The position numbers were made by a program, and so were the translations under genes. Below, piece by piece: positions 10,241-19,398 of a stretch of DNA of 64,000 nt; position 1 is the first letter of the stretch, and each line of letters starts with the position of its first letter. The notes beneath the pieces are model-generated. The model was given only the letters and a program-made list of their open reading frames with translations. It ran no database searches and was not told the DNA's origin. Source of the stretch: Candidatus Omnitrophota bacterium (GTDB taxonomy: Bacteria > Omnitrophota > Gorgyraeia > JAGLLT01). Where the stretch lies: assembly GCA_030632085.1 (NCBI GenBank), contig DAOVJY010000001.1, positions 142,289 to 206,288 on the forward strand. The letters are read 5' to 3'.

Positions 10241-11239
10241 CTATTCTTTTAACTTTTTCCTCAATCCAAAAACTCCAAACAACCCCGCGCCTAAGAGTAA
10301 AATGGTCGAGGGTTCAGGGACAGCATAAACGTCTATCCTGTTTATAAAATAATCGCTTTCTTCCATTAACATATCCAAATCATTTATATATCGAGGAAGA
10401 AAAGTATCATACGTATACCAACTGGTCATTGGAGGCACGGCAGATACCGCAGAATGAACACCAAATAGCGTCAACTCCCCGCCCCATAATACAAAGGTTG
10501 GACTGCTAGAATCTCCTCCCACGGCCCCGGCATTATCAGGATAGCCGGGATCTGGACCTAAACGATTGTAGTTTTCCTCGCTACGAAAAAGGGAAGAAGC
10601 ATATAATGTCTGTTCATAGGCATTAGCAGGGCAGTGATAACCAAAACTACCTATTTCATTATTGCGTCCTACCTGCGCGCCTTGGCCATAAAGATATATA
10701 TTACTTTCAACTTGCGCACCGAGAGAGGTTCCCCACCAGTTTACATCATAATAAGGAGAACTTGGATCATCGGTATCCAGAATAGAATAGTGGGAAATCT
10801 TGTCAGCCTCAGACACAGTTTCACTAAGCCAACCAAGGGCAAGATCACAGGGATGAGAACCGAATTCATTAACATTGTCAATAACGCGGGAAGAATATTT
10901 ATTAACTGTATAAGATTTCAGTTGCCCTTCTCTGTTTATGAAGTTAATTGTGTTTCCAGTGGGCACTTTCCAGTGATTGGCGCAAACAAAATGTTGCGGC
11001 GATACCATTGTCACGCTGCGCGATGACATGCCCATGTCCCACCCTACACCCGACCAGTCATATTGTGAAGCAAAAAAATCAGGGTTGTTTACAGGATTAC
11101 CGGCATATGTTCCCGGATTAAACCTGTCATGCCGAGCGGGATTATACCCGTTTATTTGCAGGGCTTGAGCGTTTGCGGAATAACCAATACCCAGAAATAG
11201 TAAGAAAATCGCTGTCCATTTAGGTAAATTCATATACAT
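10241..11239 (-). CDS. PEP-CTERM-anchored protein with trypsin-like protease motifs
   Basis: Signal peptide; VCANH, DLALG, GGDSSSP; C-terminal VPEPSTILLLGAGLFG..RKK. Confidence 0.8.
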   Translation of the reverse strand: MYMNLPKWTAIFLLFLGIGYSANAQALQINGYNPARHDRFNPGTYAGNPVNNPDFFASQYDWSGVGWDMGMSSRSVTMVSPQHFVCANHWKVPTGNTINFINREGQLKSYTVNKYSSRVIDNVNEFGSHPCDLALGWLSETVSEADKISHYSILDTDDPSSPYYDVNWWGTSLGAQVESNIYLYGQGAQVGRNNEIGSFGYHCPANAYEQTLYASSLFRSEENYNRLGPDPGYPDNAGAVGGDSSSPTFVLWGGELTLFGVHSAVSAVPPMTSWYTYDTFLPRYINDLDMLMEESDYFINRIDVYAVPEPSTILLLGAGLFGVFGLRKKLKE

Positions 11240-11426
11240 AACTTTCTCCAGTATTAAAAAAACACAAAGAAGTAAACAAAACTATATCAATTATAACAGA
11301 AAGATACAGGTTATCAAGTGGAGAAATTTTTCTTATTTAGGGAATATATTGCTGTATGCTATATAAGCTATTGAAGAAATTTAGGAAATTAGTAGCGTGA
11401 TTGAATGTGTCAATTAAGGGGTACTT

Positions 11427-11444
11427 AAGGGAGGTGACCCCTTT
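11427..11444 (+). repeat. REP-like palindrome type B
   Basis: AAGGGAGGTGACCCCTTT. Confidence 0.75.
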
Positions 11445-11465
11445 TTAATTTCCTTTTTAATTTTG

Positions 11466-11714
11466 CTATGCCTTTTTGTCTTCAGCTTTTTTAACACGGA
11501 TTTTATTGCTGGCAACTTTCTTATTGTTCAAGCTTTTTATCGCAAATTTGGCTTCTTCTGGTTTCAGCATTTCAACAAAACCAAAACCCTTGGATCCACC
11601 GGTGGATTTATCTAACACCAAATCACAAGATTGTACGGCGCCATATTCTTCAAAGAGAACTTTTAATTCTTCTTCGGTAGTACTACGAGCAAGATTAAGA
11701 ATTATTAATTTCAT
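11466..11714 (-). CDS. RRM RNA-binding protein
   Basis: KGFGFVEM RNP1; single RRM. Confidence 0.9.
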   Translation of the reverse strand: MKLIILNLARSTTEEELKVLFEEYGAVQSCDLVLDKSTGGSKGFGFVEMLKPEEAKFAIKSLNNKKVASNKIRVKKAEDKKA

Positions 11715-11759
11715 AAGTTAATACCCCTTTAAGTATCTAGTGATTCCACAGTATCGTAA

Positions 11760-11777
11760 AAAGGGGTCTGTCCCCTT
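11760..11777 (+). repeat. REP-like palindrome type A variant
   Basis: AAAGGGGTCTGTCCCCTT. Confidence 0.8.
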
Positions 11778-11833
11778 ATTCGAGTGGAAACCCTTCATTA
11801 TTGATTTGAGTTTTAACAGTTACTATTATGGTG

Positions 11834-12999
11834 TCAATATTCATTTGCTTCAGTATATGCTGCGTTTATGCCCTCTTTATAATATTGAACGATTTCACTA
11901 TTCAAATCTGCCTTAGTTTGAGTTGTCAAAGCACAATGTAAATCTGACCATATAGTATAAAGATATCCGGCAGATATTCTTAAATTTGACCACCCTTCAT
12001 TGTAATATCCTTTGTCAATATAAGAACTATTTTGAAAGTATTTCTTCCTGAAACTTGCTAATTTTCGGTTCCAACTATGAGACCATTCCAACCAGTCTTT
12101 TTCGTACATTACAAAATTATTTTCTTTGGTACTGTACTTATGAATCAAATCATTATAAAAAAATTCTAGTTCATTAATTGCAACAAAAAGTTCCTTTTTC
12201 TCTGGGTCATGTTTTTTAATGTTTTCTTCTAGATTTTTAACGTAGTTTTTACTGGGAAAGATAAAAGTATTGGAATCTGCTTCTATTGTATTAAACTGGT
12301 AATTTCTGAAATCAATTTGTTTAGTATAAGAATCTATTTTTATATTTTCTCCATATTTTCCAATTTTTTCATAGATGTTTTTTCCTCATTTGTCATTTTG
12401 TAATTTTTAATCACAAATTTTTTGTCAAAATACCATTGACTACCAGTGTACAAATGTAGTTGATATATACCTTGAGGAAGAAATTTATTATCACGGGTTC
12501 GCATTTCAATAAAACCTTTTAATCGACCAGCTTCTACTTTAATTTTATTAGTATCTGTTGCTATATATTTATTGGTTGGTTTCAAGTTAGCCTCTTGTAC
12601 ATTAATAAAAAACTCTAAACCATTTGGTAGATCTGTTTCAATAAGAAATTCTATTTTGTCAAAGCTTGTTTGCTCTACATTGACAAAATTTAACATAGTG
12701 AAAGGTTTTTTGCATTGTTTTTCTTGTTTTTTAACATTGTCTATTTTGTAATCAATTGTCTTTACTTTTTTTGTGGCTACAGAAGGTGGTAAATTGGCTG
12801 AATAAACAATAATACTTACAAAAGTAGTGACTATTGTAGATAAAAAGCAAACTTTAAAAACTCGTCCACGAGTCCGATGTTTCTTATTGCCCCACCACAA
12901 AACAAGTTTAGGACTTAGCATTCCTAAAATGAATGCGAAAAATAAAAAAATATATACATGCACCGTATAGTTGGCAATTGTATATCTTATATCTTCCAT
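11834..12999 (-). pseudogene. Frameshifted membrane-anchored hypothetical protein (cassette gene)
   Basis: Frame of 11834-12148 ORF stays open back to ~12385 (NIYEKIGKYGENIKIDSY...), overlapping the end of the 12340-12999 ORF near a poly-A run. Confidence 0.6.
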
Positions 13000-13020
13000 T
13001 TTAACCCTCCATTTACTATG

Positions 13021-13085
13021 TCATAAAAACGAAATCACCAGTCGAAAAGCGCAGCTTTTTAGTCAGTTGGATTAGTTTGTTAGGA
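13021..13085 (-). mobile_element. attC site (R' core degenerate)
   Basis: TCCTAAC-AAACT-AATCCAAC...GGTGATT-TCGTT-TTTATGA; R'' exactly complements GTTAGGA at cassette start 13697. Confidence 0.7.
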
Positions 13086-13138
13086 TTTTTCTGTTTCTTC
13101 TACTTTTAATATTTCTTCGTTTTTTTTAGGGATCTATT

Positions 13139-13188
13139 AAGGGAGTTGACCCCTTTTTAATTTTAGAATTAAAGGGGTCTGTCCCCTT
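13139..13188 (+). repeat. REP doublet (type B + type A)
   Basis: AAGGGAGTTGACCCCTTT (13139) and AAAGGGGTCTGTCCCCTT (13171). Confidence 0.8.
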
Positions 13189-13231
13189 ATCGTCCCCTTA
13201 TCCTTATCCTTATCCATTCTTATAATTACAC

Positions 13232-13681
13232 TTAGAAATTCGTCGTTTTACTTAATTTATTAATTAATTTTTCTGAATTTATTACTTTGAATCTTTGTCC
13301 CAATGTGTTTTCAAACCAAAAATTTACATGATCGGATTCATTTCCTTCCGGATCAATAATATGTAAATCTTCCAAATAGACAGAGGTTTCATATTTTTCA
13401 TGTTCACCCAATCTGACCCCTTTTCCCTCTTTACCTATATGCGTTCCACAGTAACCACCTTCGCTCAAATTTCCACCAAACATAGTCAAGATTACCGGTC
13501 TCCTACCGCAATTCACAATTTTAATAGCTATATGAGCACGATCATAACTAGAATTATAAGGGTAAAATTTAGCATGTGTTTTTAAATGGGCCCTGTCACG
13601 AAATCCAAAATAACCCGATATCGCTATGCTTGTAATAGAAATTATTAGTGCAGCTATTGAAACATAATCAGATATCTGCAT
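13232..13681 (-). CDS. Hypothetical cassette protein with N-terminal TM
   Basis: ORF between attC sites, RBS AGGAG within core site. Confidence 0.75.
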   Translation of the reverse strand: MQISDYVSIAALIISITSIAISGYFGFRDRAHLKTHAKFYPYNSSYDRAHIAIKIVNCGRRPVILTMFGGNLSEGGYCGTHIGKEGKGVRLGEHEKYETSVYLEDLHIIDPEGNESDHVNFWFENTLGQRFKVINSEKLINKLSKTTNF

Positions 13682-13690
13682 ATTTTTTTC

Positions 13691-13769
13691 TCCTAACATT
13701 CATGTATACCTGCCATTAGCCAAGCTTGATAGAACGCAGAAAAAGGGCAGGTGTAGTGCATTGTTAAAT
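13691..13769 (-). mobile_element. attC site
   Basis: ATTTAAC-AATGC-ACTACACCTGCC...GGCAGGTATAC-ATGAAT-GTTAGGA. Confidence 0.72.
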
Positions 13770-13844
13770 GTTTTTTAAATTTATTTGTTAATTGAAATGC
13801 TGAAAAATTAAAATCAGTTTTTTTCTTTTGAGGCACCCCTTCTT

Positions 13845-14291
13845 TTATCTCTTTTTACTAGGCTGAACTATCGTATTATAATCTTTTTCATCTATAGGAA
13901 TGATAGTCTTATTCTTAAATGCCATCCCAACATTGGGAGCAGATCTAACAAAATCCAAATTATCTCTTAAATTCTTTGTCCAAAAAACTGGAGGGTCCCA
14001 AATAGATTCAATCTTGAAGTCAATCTCAAATGGCCGATATTTATTATCACCTCTTGGCGCTCTTGTAGGTTCATGGGGTTCTCTTGTAATAATCGCCTCC
14101 CCAGAGAAATACTTCACTTTTTTGCTTTTATCGCTAATATAAAATAATATTTTATCTCCACTTCTTATCTTATTAATATGTGAATCAGTGCCAAGCTGCC
14201 AACTTTGATCTTTTTGTAGCTGTTTAAAACTACTTTCAGCATTATCAGCAATGTGTGGCAGAATCCAATATCTATTAGAATAGCCGTTCAT
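13845..14291 (-). CDS. EVE/PUA-like domain protein (cassette)
   Basis: YWI...W.....NKIRSGDKILFY...FSGEA pattern typical of EVE domains. Confidence 0.7.
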   Translation of the reverse strand: MNGYSNRYWILPHIADNAESSFKQLQKDQSWQLGTDSHINKIRSGDKILFYISDKSKKVKYFSGEAIITREPHEPTRAPRGDNKYRPFEIDFKIESIWDPPVFWTKNLRDNLDFVRSAPNVGMAFKNKTIIPIDEKDYNTIVQPSKKR

Positions 14292-14320
14292 AATCCACCT
14301 CCGCTTAATTTTCATTATTT

Positions 14321-14410
14321 ATCTAACGATTGAGCTCACCTGCCGCCGAACGAAGTGAGGGAACAAAAACGCCGCGCGTTTTTGCGGTCAGGTGCAGCGT
14401 TTGGTTGAGC
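14321..14410 (-). mobile_element. attC site (canonical)
   Basis: GCTCAAC-CAAAC-GCTGCACCTGACCGC...GCGGCAGGTGAGC-TCAATC-GTTAGAT with both extrahelical bases. Confidence 0.9.
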
Positions 14411-14419
14411 AAAACTTCT

Positions 14420-15277
14420 TTATTTTGTATGTGCCATATCTATTGTCTCCGCAATATAGAAAGCCGGAAGAATTGCTGCGAATTTTCCTCCAGTTGGATC
14501 ATTAAAAGTTCCATGCACTATTCCCACGCAATTAAAAGCCCCTTGTCCAGAAGACATAACCCCAATTTTTACACTTGAAAGTTTAAATACGGGAGCTCCA
14601 CTAAATCCAGCAACGCTTGGGTCATCCAAAATAAAGAATGAAGCTTCAGTATTATTATCAAATCTAGAATGTCTGAATAAAGCGCTAGCAGGGTGTGCTA
14701 CTTTCACTATTGGAGAGAATTTACCTTTGACACCCAATTCAAGAGGAAAACCAACTGTAGTCAAAAAGATATCTAAATTAGGAGCTGAATTCTCAATTGC
14801 AAGTTGGTCATATGAAACGGCACGTATTGCTGCTCTAAAATTCTCGGGAGGTGAAATCGGTAATACAGCAATATCAGCTTCATTATGCAATATCCATTTT
14901 GGTGCTTGCATACCAGCAAGTTCTGATAGATTGTAGGTAAGTGGTATACCATTAGCTCCATATACCGTTGCCTTAGAATCAAAAGGTATTCCATTGGAAA
15001 CATGACTTGCCGTTACAAGATACAAATTCGGCCCTTTGGACACAAAAAAACCTGACCCTGATGTAATTAAGTTTAGTGGCTCAGGATTTGTCTTGGTTTT
15101 TTTTATCCAGACTTCCACCTCTTCTCCATTAATTGTTGTCTTCTTTACTCCTTGATGTCCCTGAAGAAACACCACTGCAGGAAAAACATCGTGAGCGGTT
15201 TGAGACAAAACTTCCGTCGGGGCTGAAAGAAGACAGATTAGTATCAACATCATCCATAATGAATATCTTCCAACCAT
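14420..15277 (-). CDS. Secreted trypsin-like serine protease (cassette)
   Basis: GSGFFV, VTASHV, DIAVL, GFSGAP. Confidence 0.85.
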   Translation of the reverse strand: MVGRYSLWMMLILICLLSAPTEVLSQTAHDVFPAVVFLQGHQGVKKTTINGEEVEVWIKKTKTNPEPLNLITSGSGFFVSKGPNLYLVTASHVSNGIPFDSKATVYGANGIPLTYNLSELAGMQAPKWILHNEADIAVLPISPPENFRAAIRAVSYDQLAIENSAPNLDIFLTTVGFPLELGVKGKFSPIVKVAHPASALFRHSRFDNNTEASFFILDDPSVAGFSGAPVFKLSSVKIGVMSSGQGAFNCVGIVHGTFNDPTGGKFAAILPAFYIAETIDMAHTK

Positions 15278-15304
15278 TTTAATCCTCCTGATCATCATAT
15301 TTGT

Positions 15305-15390
15305 GTCCAACAATTAATATATGGAATAGGTATTTTCTGGATATTTAATATCATACACATTTATATTACACCATCTGTTTAAATTTACAA
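15305..15390 (-). promoter_or_regulatory. Promoter + attI-like site heading cassette array
   Basis: ...GTGTATGATATTAAATATCC...TTCCATATATTAATT-GTTGGAC. Confidence 0.65.
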
Positions 15391-15461
15391 GTTCATTTTT
15401 TTGCTTATATTCCGCATTTTATCCATAATATAAGGATATACGAAGTTCACAAATTAATCTA

Positions 15462-16193
15462 TCAATACCCAACCCTAACCAATACCAACCCACAGGCTTT
15501 GGCTGTGGGGCCAGCTTTGTTTCTGTCTTTGGTTTTGATTAATTCTTTAATAGTTCCTTTGGGGAATTTACCTCTTCCTATTTCAATAAGAGTTCCTATT
15601 ATATTTCTGACCATATTGTACAAAAAACCATTTCCTTCTATGGTGAAATATAGTTTATTTCCTTTTTTAGTAAAATTTGCTTTTGAGATAATGCGAACGG
15701 TATCCTTAGCCCTTCTTCCTGAGGCCTCAAAGCATTTAAAATCATGCTTGCCTAATAAATCTTTGGCTTCTTTTTTCATGAGGGGTAAATTAAGTTTATA
15801 AGGAATGTAGTTATAGTAATATCTTTCAAAAACACCCGGCTCTGTTAATGAAATTTGATACCTATAGGTCTTTTTCTTGGCGGAGAACCTGGCATGAAAG
15901 TCCTTATCAACTTTAGAAACACTTTTTATCCTGATATCTTTATCCAGAAGTGAATTAAGGGCTTTTTTAATTATGGGGGGTTTTATTATTGAGGTAGTTT
16001 TGAAGCTTGCAACCTGGCCTAAAGCATGAACTCCGGCATCTGTTCTGCCGGAGCCGTTAATCTTTATTTTTTCATTTAATATTTTACTTAATCTTCTTTC
16101 TATTTCCTGCTGGATGGTTTTTTGATGAGGTTGGATTTGCCAACCGGAGTAATGTGTACCATCATATTCTATTATAAGCTTGAAATTAGTCAT
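15462..16193 (-). CDS. truA: tRNA pseudouridine(38-40) synthase
   Basis: YDGTHYSGWQ, GSGRTDAGVHA, FLYNMVR. Confidence 0.96.
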   Translation of the reverse strand: MTNFKLIIEYDGTHYSGWQIQPHQKTIQQEIERRLSKILNEKIKINGSGRTDAGVHALGQVASFKTTSIIKPPIIKKALNSLLDKDIRIKSVSKVDKDFHARFSAKKKTYRYQISLTEPGVFERYYYNYIPYKLNLPLMKKEAKDLLGKHDFKCFEASGRRAKDTVRIISKANFTKKGNKLYFTIEGNGFLYNMVRNIIGTLIEIGRGKFPKGTIKELIKTKDRNKAGPTAKACGLVLVRVGY

Positions 16194-17190
16194 CTTTGAT
16201 TAATGCTTCTGCTATCTGCACGGCATTTAAGGCCGCACCCTTTCTGAGGTTATCAGCTACTACCCAGAGCCAAAGGCCTTCAGGCACAAAGGGATCCTTA
16301 CGAATACGTCCCACAAAGACATCATCAGTTCCTTCTGATTGATATGGCATAGGATAGCGTCCACCCTTTATATCATCAACCACTTTTACTCCCGGCTGAT
16401 TATTTAAAACCTCTCTCACCTCTTCAACTGAAAGCGGCCTCTCGGTTTCTATATAGATAGACTCGCTGTGCCCGGTCTTAACCGGCACTCTGATAGCGGT
16501 GGCTGAAATCTTAATATCATTATCATGAAGTATCTTATGAGTTTCATGGACAAGCTTCCATTCTTCCGAAGTATAGTCTAGTTCAGTAAATCCGCCTATT
16601 TGAGGAATAACATTAAAAGCTATTCTTTTACTTAAGGCCTTAATAGTTAAGTCTTTGCCATCAAGAAATTCAGCAGTCTGGCTATAAAGTTCATCACAAG
16701 CGCCTTGACCGGCACCTGAAGCCGCTTGATAGGTGCTGGCAATAATCCTCTTTATTTTAGATAGCTTATAAATAGGACTTAAAGCCACGACCATCTGAAT
16801 GGTTGAGCAGTTAGGATTTGAGATAATACCTTTATTGTTTTTAACATCAGCCGCGTTTACTTCGGTGACGACTAAAGGCACATCATCCTTAAGCCTGAAG
16901 TCAGCTCCATTATCTATGACTACCGCCCCTTCTTTTACCGCAGTTGGCGCGTAAGTAACTGAAGCTCCCTTCTCACCTTCGGTGCCGGCAAACAAGGCTA
17001 TCTCAATACCCTTGAAGGAATCATGGCTAATAGACTCCACCTGGTATTTAAAACCATCAAGCTCCATCTCCCGGGCACTTCTGGCTAAAACTTTCAGGGA
17101 TGCAATAGGAAAATTTCTCTCTTTAAGAATTCTTAAGATTTCTTTTCCAACGGCTCCAACGCCGACTACACATAGCTTATATTGTTTCAT
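16186..17190 (-). CDS. asd: Aspartate-semialdehyde dehydrogenase
   Basis: NPNCSTIQ, GHSES, DNLRKGAALNAVQIAE. Confidence 0.96.
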   Translation of the reverse strand: MKQYKLCVVGVGAVGKEILRILKERNFPIASLKVLARSAREMELDGFKYQVESISHDSFKGIEIALFAGTEGEKGASVTYAPTAVKEGAVVIDNGADFRLKDDVPLVVTEVNAADVKNNKGIISNPNCSTIQMVVALSPIYKLSKIKRIIASTYQAASGAGQGACDELYSQTAEFLDGKDLTIKALSKRIAFNVIPQIGGFTELDYTSEEWKLVHETHKILHDNDIKISATAIRVPVKTGHSESIYIETERPLSVEEVREVLNNQPGVKVVDDIKGGRYPMPYQSEGTDDVFVGRIRKDPFVPEGLWLWVVADNLRKGAALNAVQIAEALIKDD

Positions 17191-17205
17191 GTGTTTATCC
17201 TTTTA

Positions 17206-17692
17206 TTAGCTCATAGTTCATAGTTATTAGCTCATAGCAAAAAATAAAAATCAAAAAAAGCTGATAGTTCTTAGTTGATAGTCTTTTTGATAGATTTTAT
17301 TAAACTTGAGAGCATTTTACCTATTTGACTACCAAAAACTTTTAATTCATTAAGCTGAGTTTCATTAATCCAATTCTTTTTTTGAAATATTATTAACAAA
17401 GCAATAGTCTCATACAAAGAACCACGAGCAAAATACAAAAACCGAATAAATTCTTTTTTTGAATATCGACCTTTACCTTCTGCTATATTCAGCGCTATTG
17501 ATGCGGTACAAGCTTCCAAATTTTCAATTAATCTGAAATGTTTTCTATCTGTATCAAGCTCGTCAATAGTGCCGATGACTTCTTCAGCGAAATTAACCGA
17601 CTTTTGCCAGACATCTAAATCTTCAAAACTAAATTTTGGGTTATCCATCTTTTTTGCTTGTCCCCATCAGCCATCAGCTATGAGCCATGAAC
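17206..17692. repeat. 7-bp-periodic inverted repeats flanking four-helix-bundle gene
   Basis: Left TAGCTCATAGTTCATAGTTATTAGCTCATAG; right CATCAGCCATCAGCTATGAGCCATGAACTA. Confidence 0.65.
17271..17648 (-). CDS. Four helix bundle protein (23S rRNA IVS / S23-like family)
   Basis: FEDLDVWQ, SIALNIAEGKGR, F.RFL..ARGSLYE. Confidence 0.92.
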   Translation of the reverse strand: MDNPKFSFEDLDVWQKSVNFAEEVIGTIDELDTDRKHFRLIENLEACTASIALNIAEGKGRYSKKEFIRFLYFARGSLYETIALLIIFQKKNWINETQLNELKVFGSQIGKMLSSLIKSIKKTIN

Positions 17693-18741
17693 TATTTCAA
17701 ATTTTTAACTACTAAATCGCCGACTTCCTGGGTGGAATAACCCATCTTACCGGCTGATAAACTCTTTAACTGAGTAGTTGTTTTCATAACTGAAGCCTCA
17801 ACAGCTTTACCGGCTTCTTCCTCGCCTATATTTTCCAAAAGCATTCCCGCCGCGCAAATAGCAGCCAGAGGATTAATTACACTTTTACCTGTGTATTTGG
17901 GAGCAGAACCGCCAATGGGCTCAAACATCGAAACACCCTCGGGATTAATGTTGCCACCCGCAGCAATTCCCATGCCGCCCTGAATCATAGCCCCTAAGTC
18001 GGTTATAATATCCCCGAACATATTATCGGTGACAATAACATCGAACCATTCGGGATTTTTAATCATCCACATACAAGTGGCATCCACATGAGCATAATCT
18101 GTTTTTACATCAGGATAATTAGCAGCTAATTTGTTAAAGGTTCTTTCCCACAAGTCCCAAGCATAAGTTAGAACGTTTGTCTTTCCACAAAGAGTAAGCT
18201 TCTTTTCTTTATTTCTCTTCTGGGTGTATTCATAAGCATATCGAAGGCAGCGCTCAACTCCTTTATAGGAATTTCTAGATACCTGAATTGCGACTTCTTC
18301 TTCAGTGCCTTTATTTATAAATTCACCTTCACCTACATAAAGGCCTTCTGTGTTTTCTCTGACGACCACGAAGTCAATATCCTCAGGGCCCTTATCCTTT
18401 AAGGGAGATAAAACTCCGGGATATAACTTAACCGGCCTTAGATTAATGTACTGGTCTAATGAAAATCTTAACTTTAACAATAAACCCTTCTCTAAAATAC
18501 CGGGCTTAACATCAGGATGGCCTACAGCTCCTAAATATATCGCATCAAAGCCCCTTAATTCTTCTATGGCTGAATCAGCTAAGACTTCACCTGTTTTCAT
18601 ATATCTTTCGCCGCCGAAGTCGTAATTGGCTAACTCATACTTAAAGCCTTTTTTAGAAGCTATGGCTTCTAAGACCTTTAAGCCCTCAGCTACTACTTCC
18701 GGCCCTGTGCCGTCTCCCGGGATAACTGCTATCTTGTACAT
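17692..18741 (-). CDS. leuB: 3-isopropylmalate dehydrogenase
   Basis: [38 protein letters not shown]. Confidence 0.93.
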   Translation of the reverse strand: MYKIAVIPGDGTGPEVVAEGLKVLEAIASKKGFKYELANYDFGGERYMKTGEVLADSAIEELRGFDAIYLGAVGHPDVKPGILEKGLLLKLRFSLDQYINLRPVKLYPGVLSPLKDKGPEDIDFVVVRENTEGLYVGEGEFINKGTEEEVAIQVSRNSYKGVERCLRYAYEYTQKRNKEKKLTLCGKTNVLTYAWDLWERTFNKLAANYPDVKTDYAHVDATCMWMIKNPEWFDVIVTDNMFGDIITDLGAMIQGGMGIAAGGNINPEGVSMFEPIGGSAPKYTGKSVINPLAAICAAGMLLENIGEEEAGKAVEASVMKTTTQLKSLSAGKMGYSTQEVGDLVVKNLK

Positions 18742-18760
18742 TTTTTTCTCCTGTTGATTA

Positions 18761-18905
18761 AACTCTAAATTCTAATATCTAAATCCTAAATAAATTACAA
18801 ATTCTAATTTCAAAATTACAAAACAAAACAACTAATAACCGTTTTGAGTTTGGAGCATTTGAGTTTTGATATTACTTAGTATTTAGTGCTTAGTGTTTAG
18901 AATTT
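18761..18905. repeat. Long 7-mer-periodic inverted repeat, no internal ORF
   Basis: CTAAATT CTAATAT CTAAATC CTAAATA... mirrored by ...TTAGTAT TTAGTGC TTAGTGT TTAGAAT. Confidence 0.7.
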
Positions 18906-19398
18906 ATTTTTTTAGTGTCGCCATCAGGCCGCCGGCATCCATCACAGACTCAATGAACTTCGGAAACGGCTCTGTTTTATAAGTTTCATTTTTAGTTAAA
19001 TTTGTAATAATCCCTTTAGTTAAATCAACTTCCAGCTTGTCATGCTCTTTTATCTTATCCGCTTCAGGGCATTCTAAAATAGGTAATCCCATATTAATAC
19101 TGTTTCTAAAGAATATCCTGGCAAAACTCTTAGCTATAACACAGCTAATACCGCAGCCTTTAATGGCCATAGGAGCATGTTCTCTTGAAGAGCCACAGCC
19201 GAAGTTCTTTTTGGCAACTATAATGTCACCCTTAATGAGATTTTTATGAAAATCCTTTTTCTTATCTATAAAGCAGTATTTCGCAAGTTCTACGGCATCT
19301 GTCATATGTAAATGTTTAGCCGCAATAATCTCATCTGTATTTATATCATCTCCGAAAAGATGGGCTTTACCAGTTAAAACAAATTTATCTTTTTTCAT
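18904..19398 (-). CDS. leuD: 3-isopropylmalate dehydratase small subunit
   Basis: [29 protein letters not shown]. Confidence 0.95.
   Translation of the reverse strand: MKKDKFVLTGKAHLFGDDINTDEIIAAKHLHMTDAVELAKYCFIDKKKDFHKNLIKGDIIVAKKNFGCGSSREHAPMAIKGCGISCVIAKSFARIFFRNSINMGLPILECPEADKIKEHDKLEVDLTKGIITNLTKNETYKTEPFPKFIESVMDAGGLMATLKK

Noticed and set aside
7764-13188. REP series as a CRISPR array
   Set aside because: Spacing is hundreds of bp to >1 kb with whole genes between copies; no cas genes
14330-14578. + strand 82 aa ORF
   Set aside because: Spans the attC and is antisense to the protease; spurious
17271-17648. DGR accessory (Avd) implying a diversity-generating retroelement
   Set aside because: No reverse transcriptase or TR/VR pair seen in window
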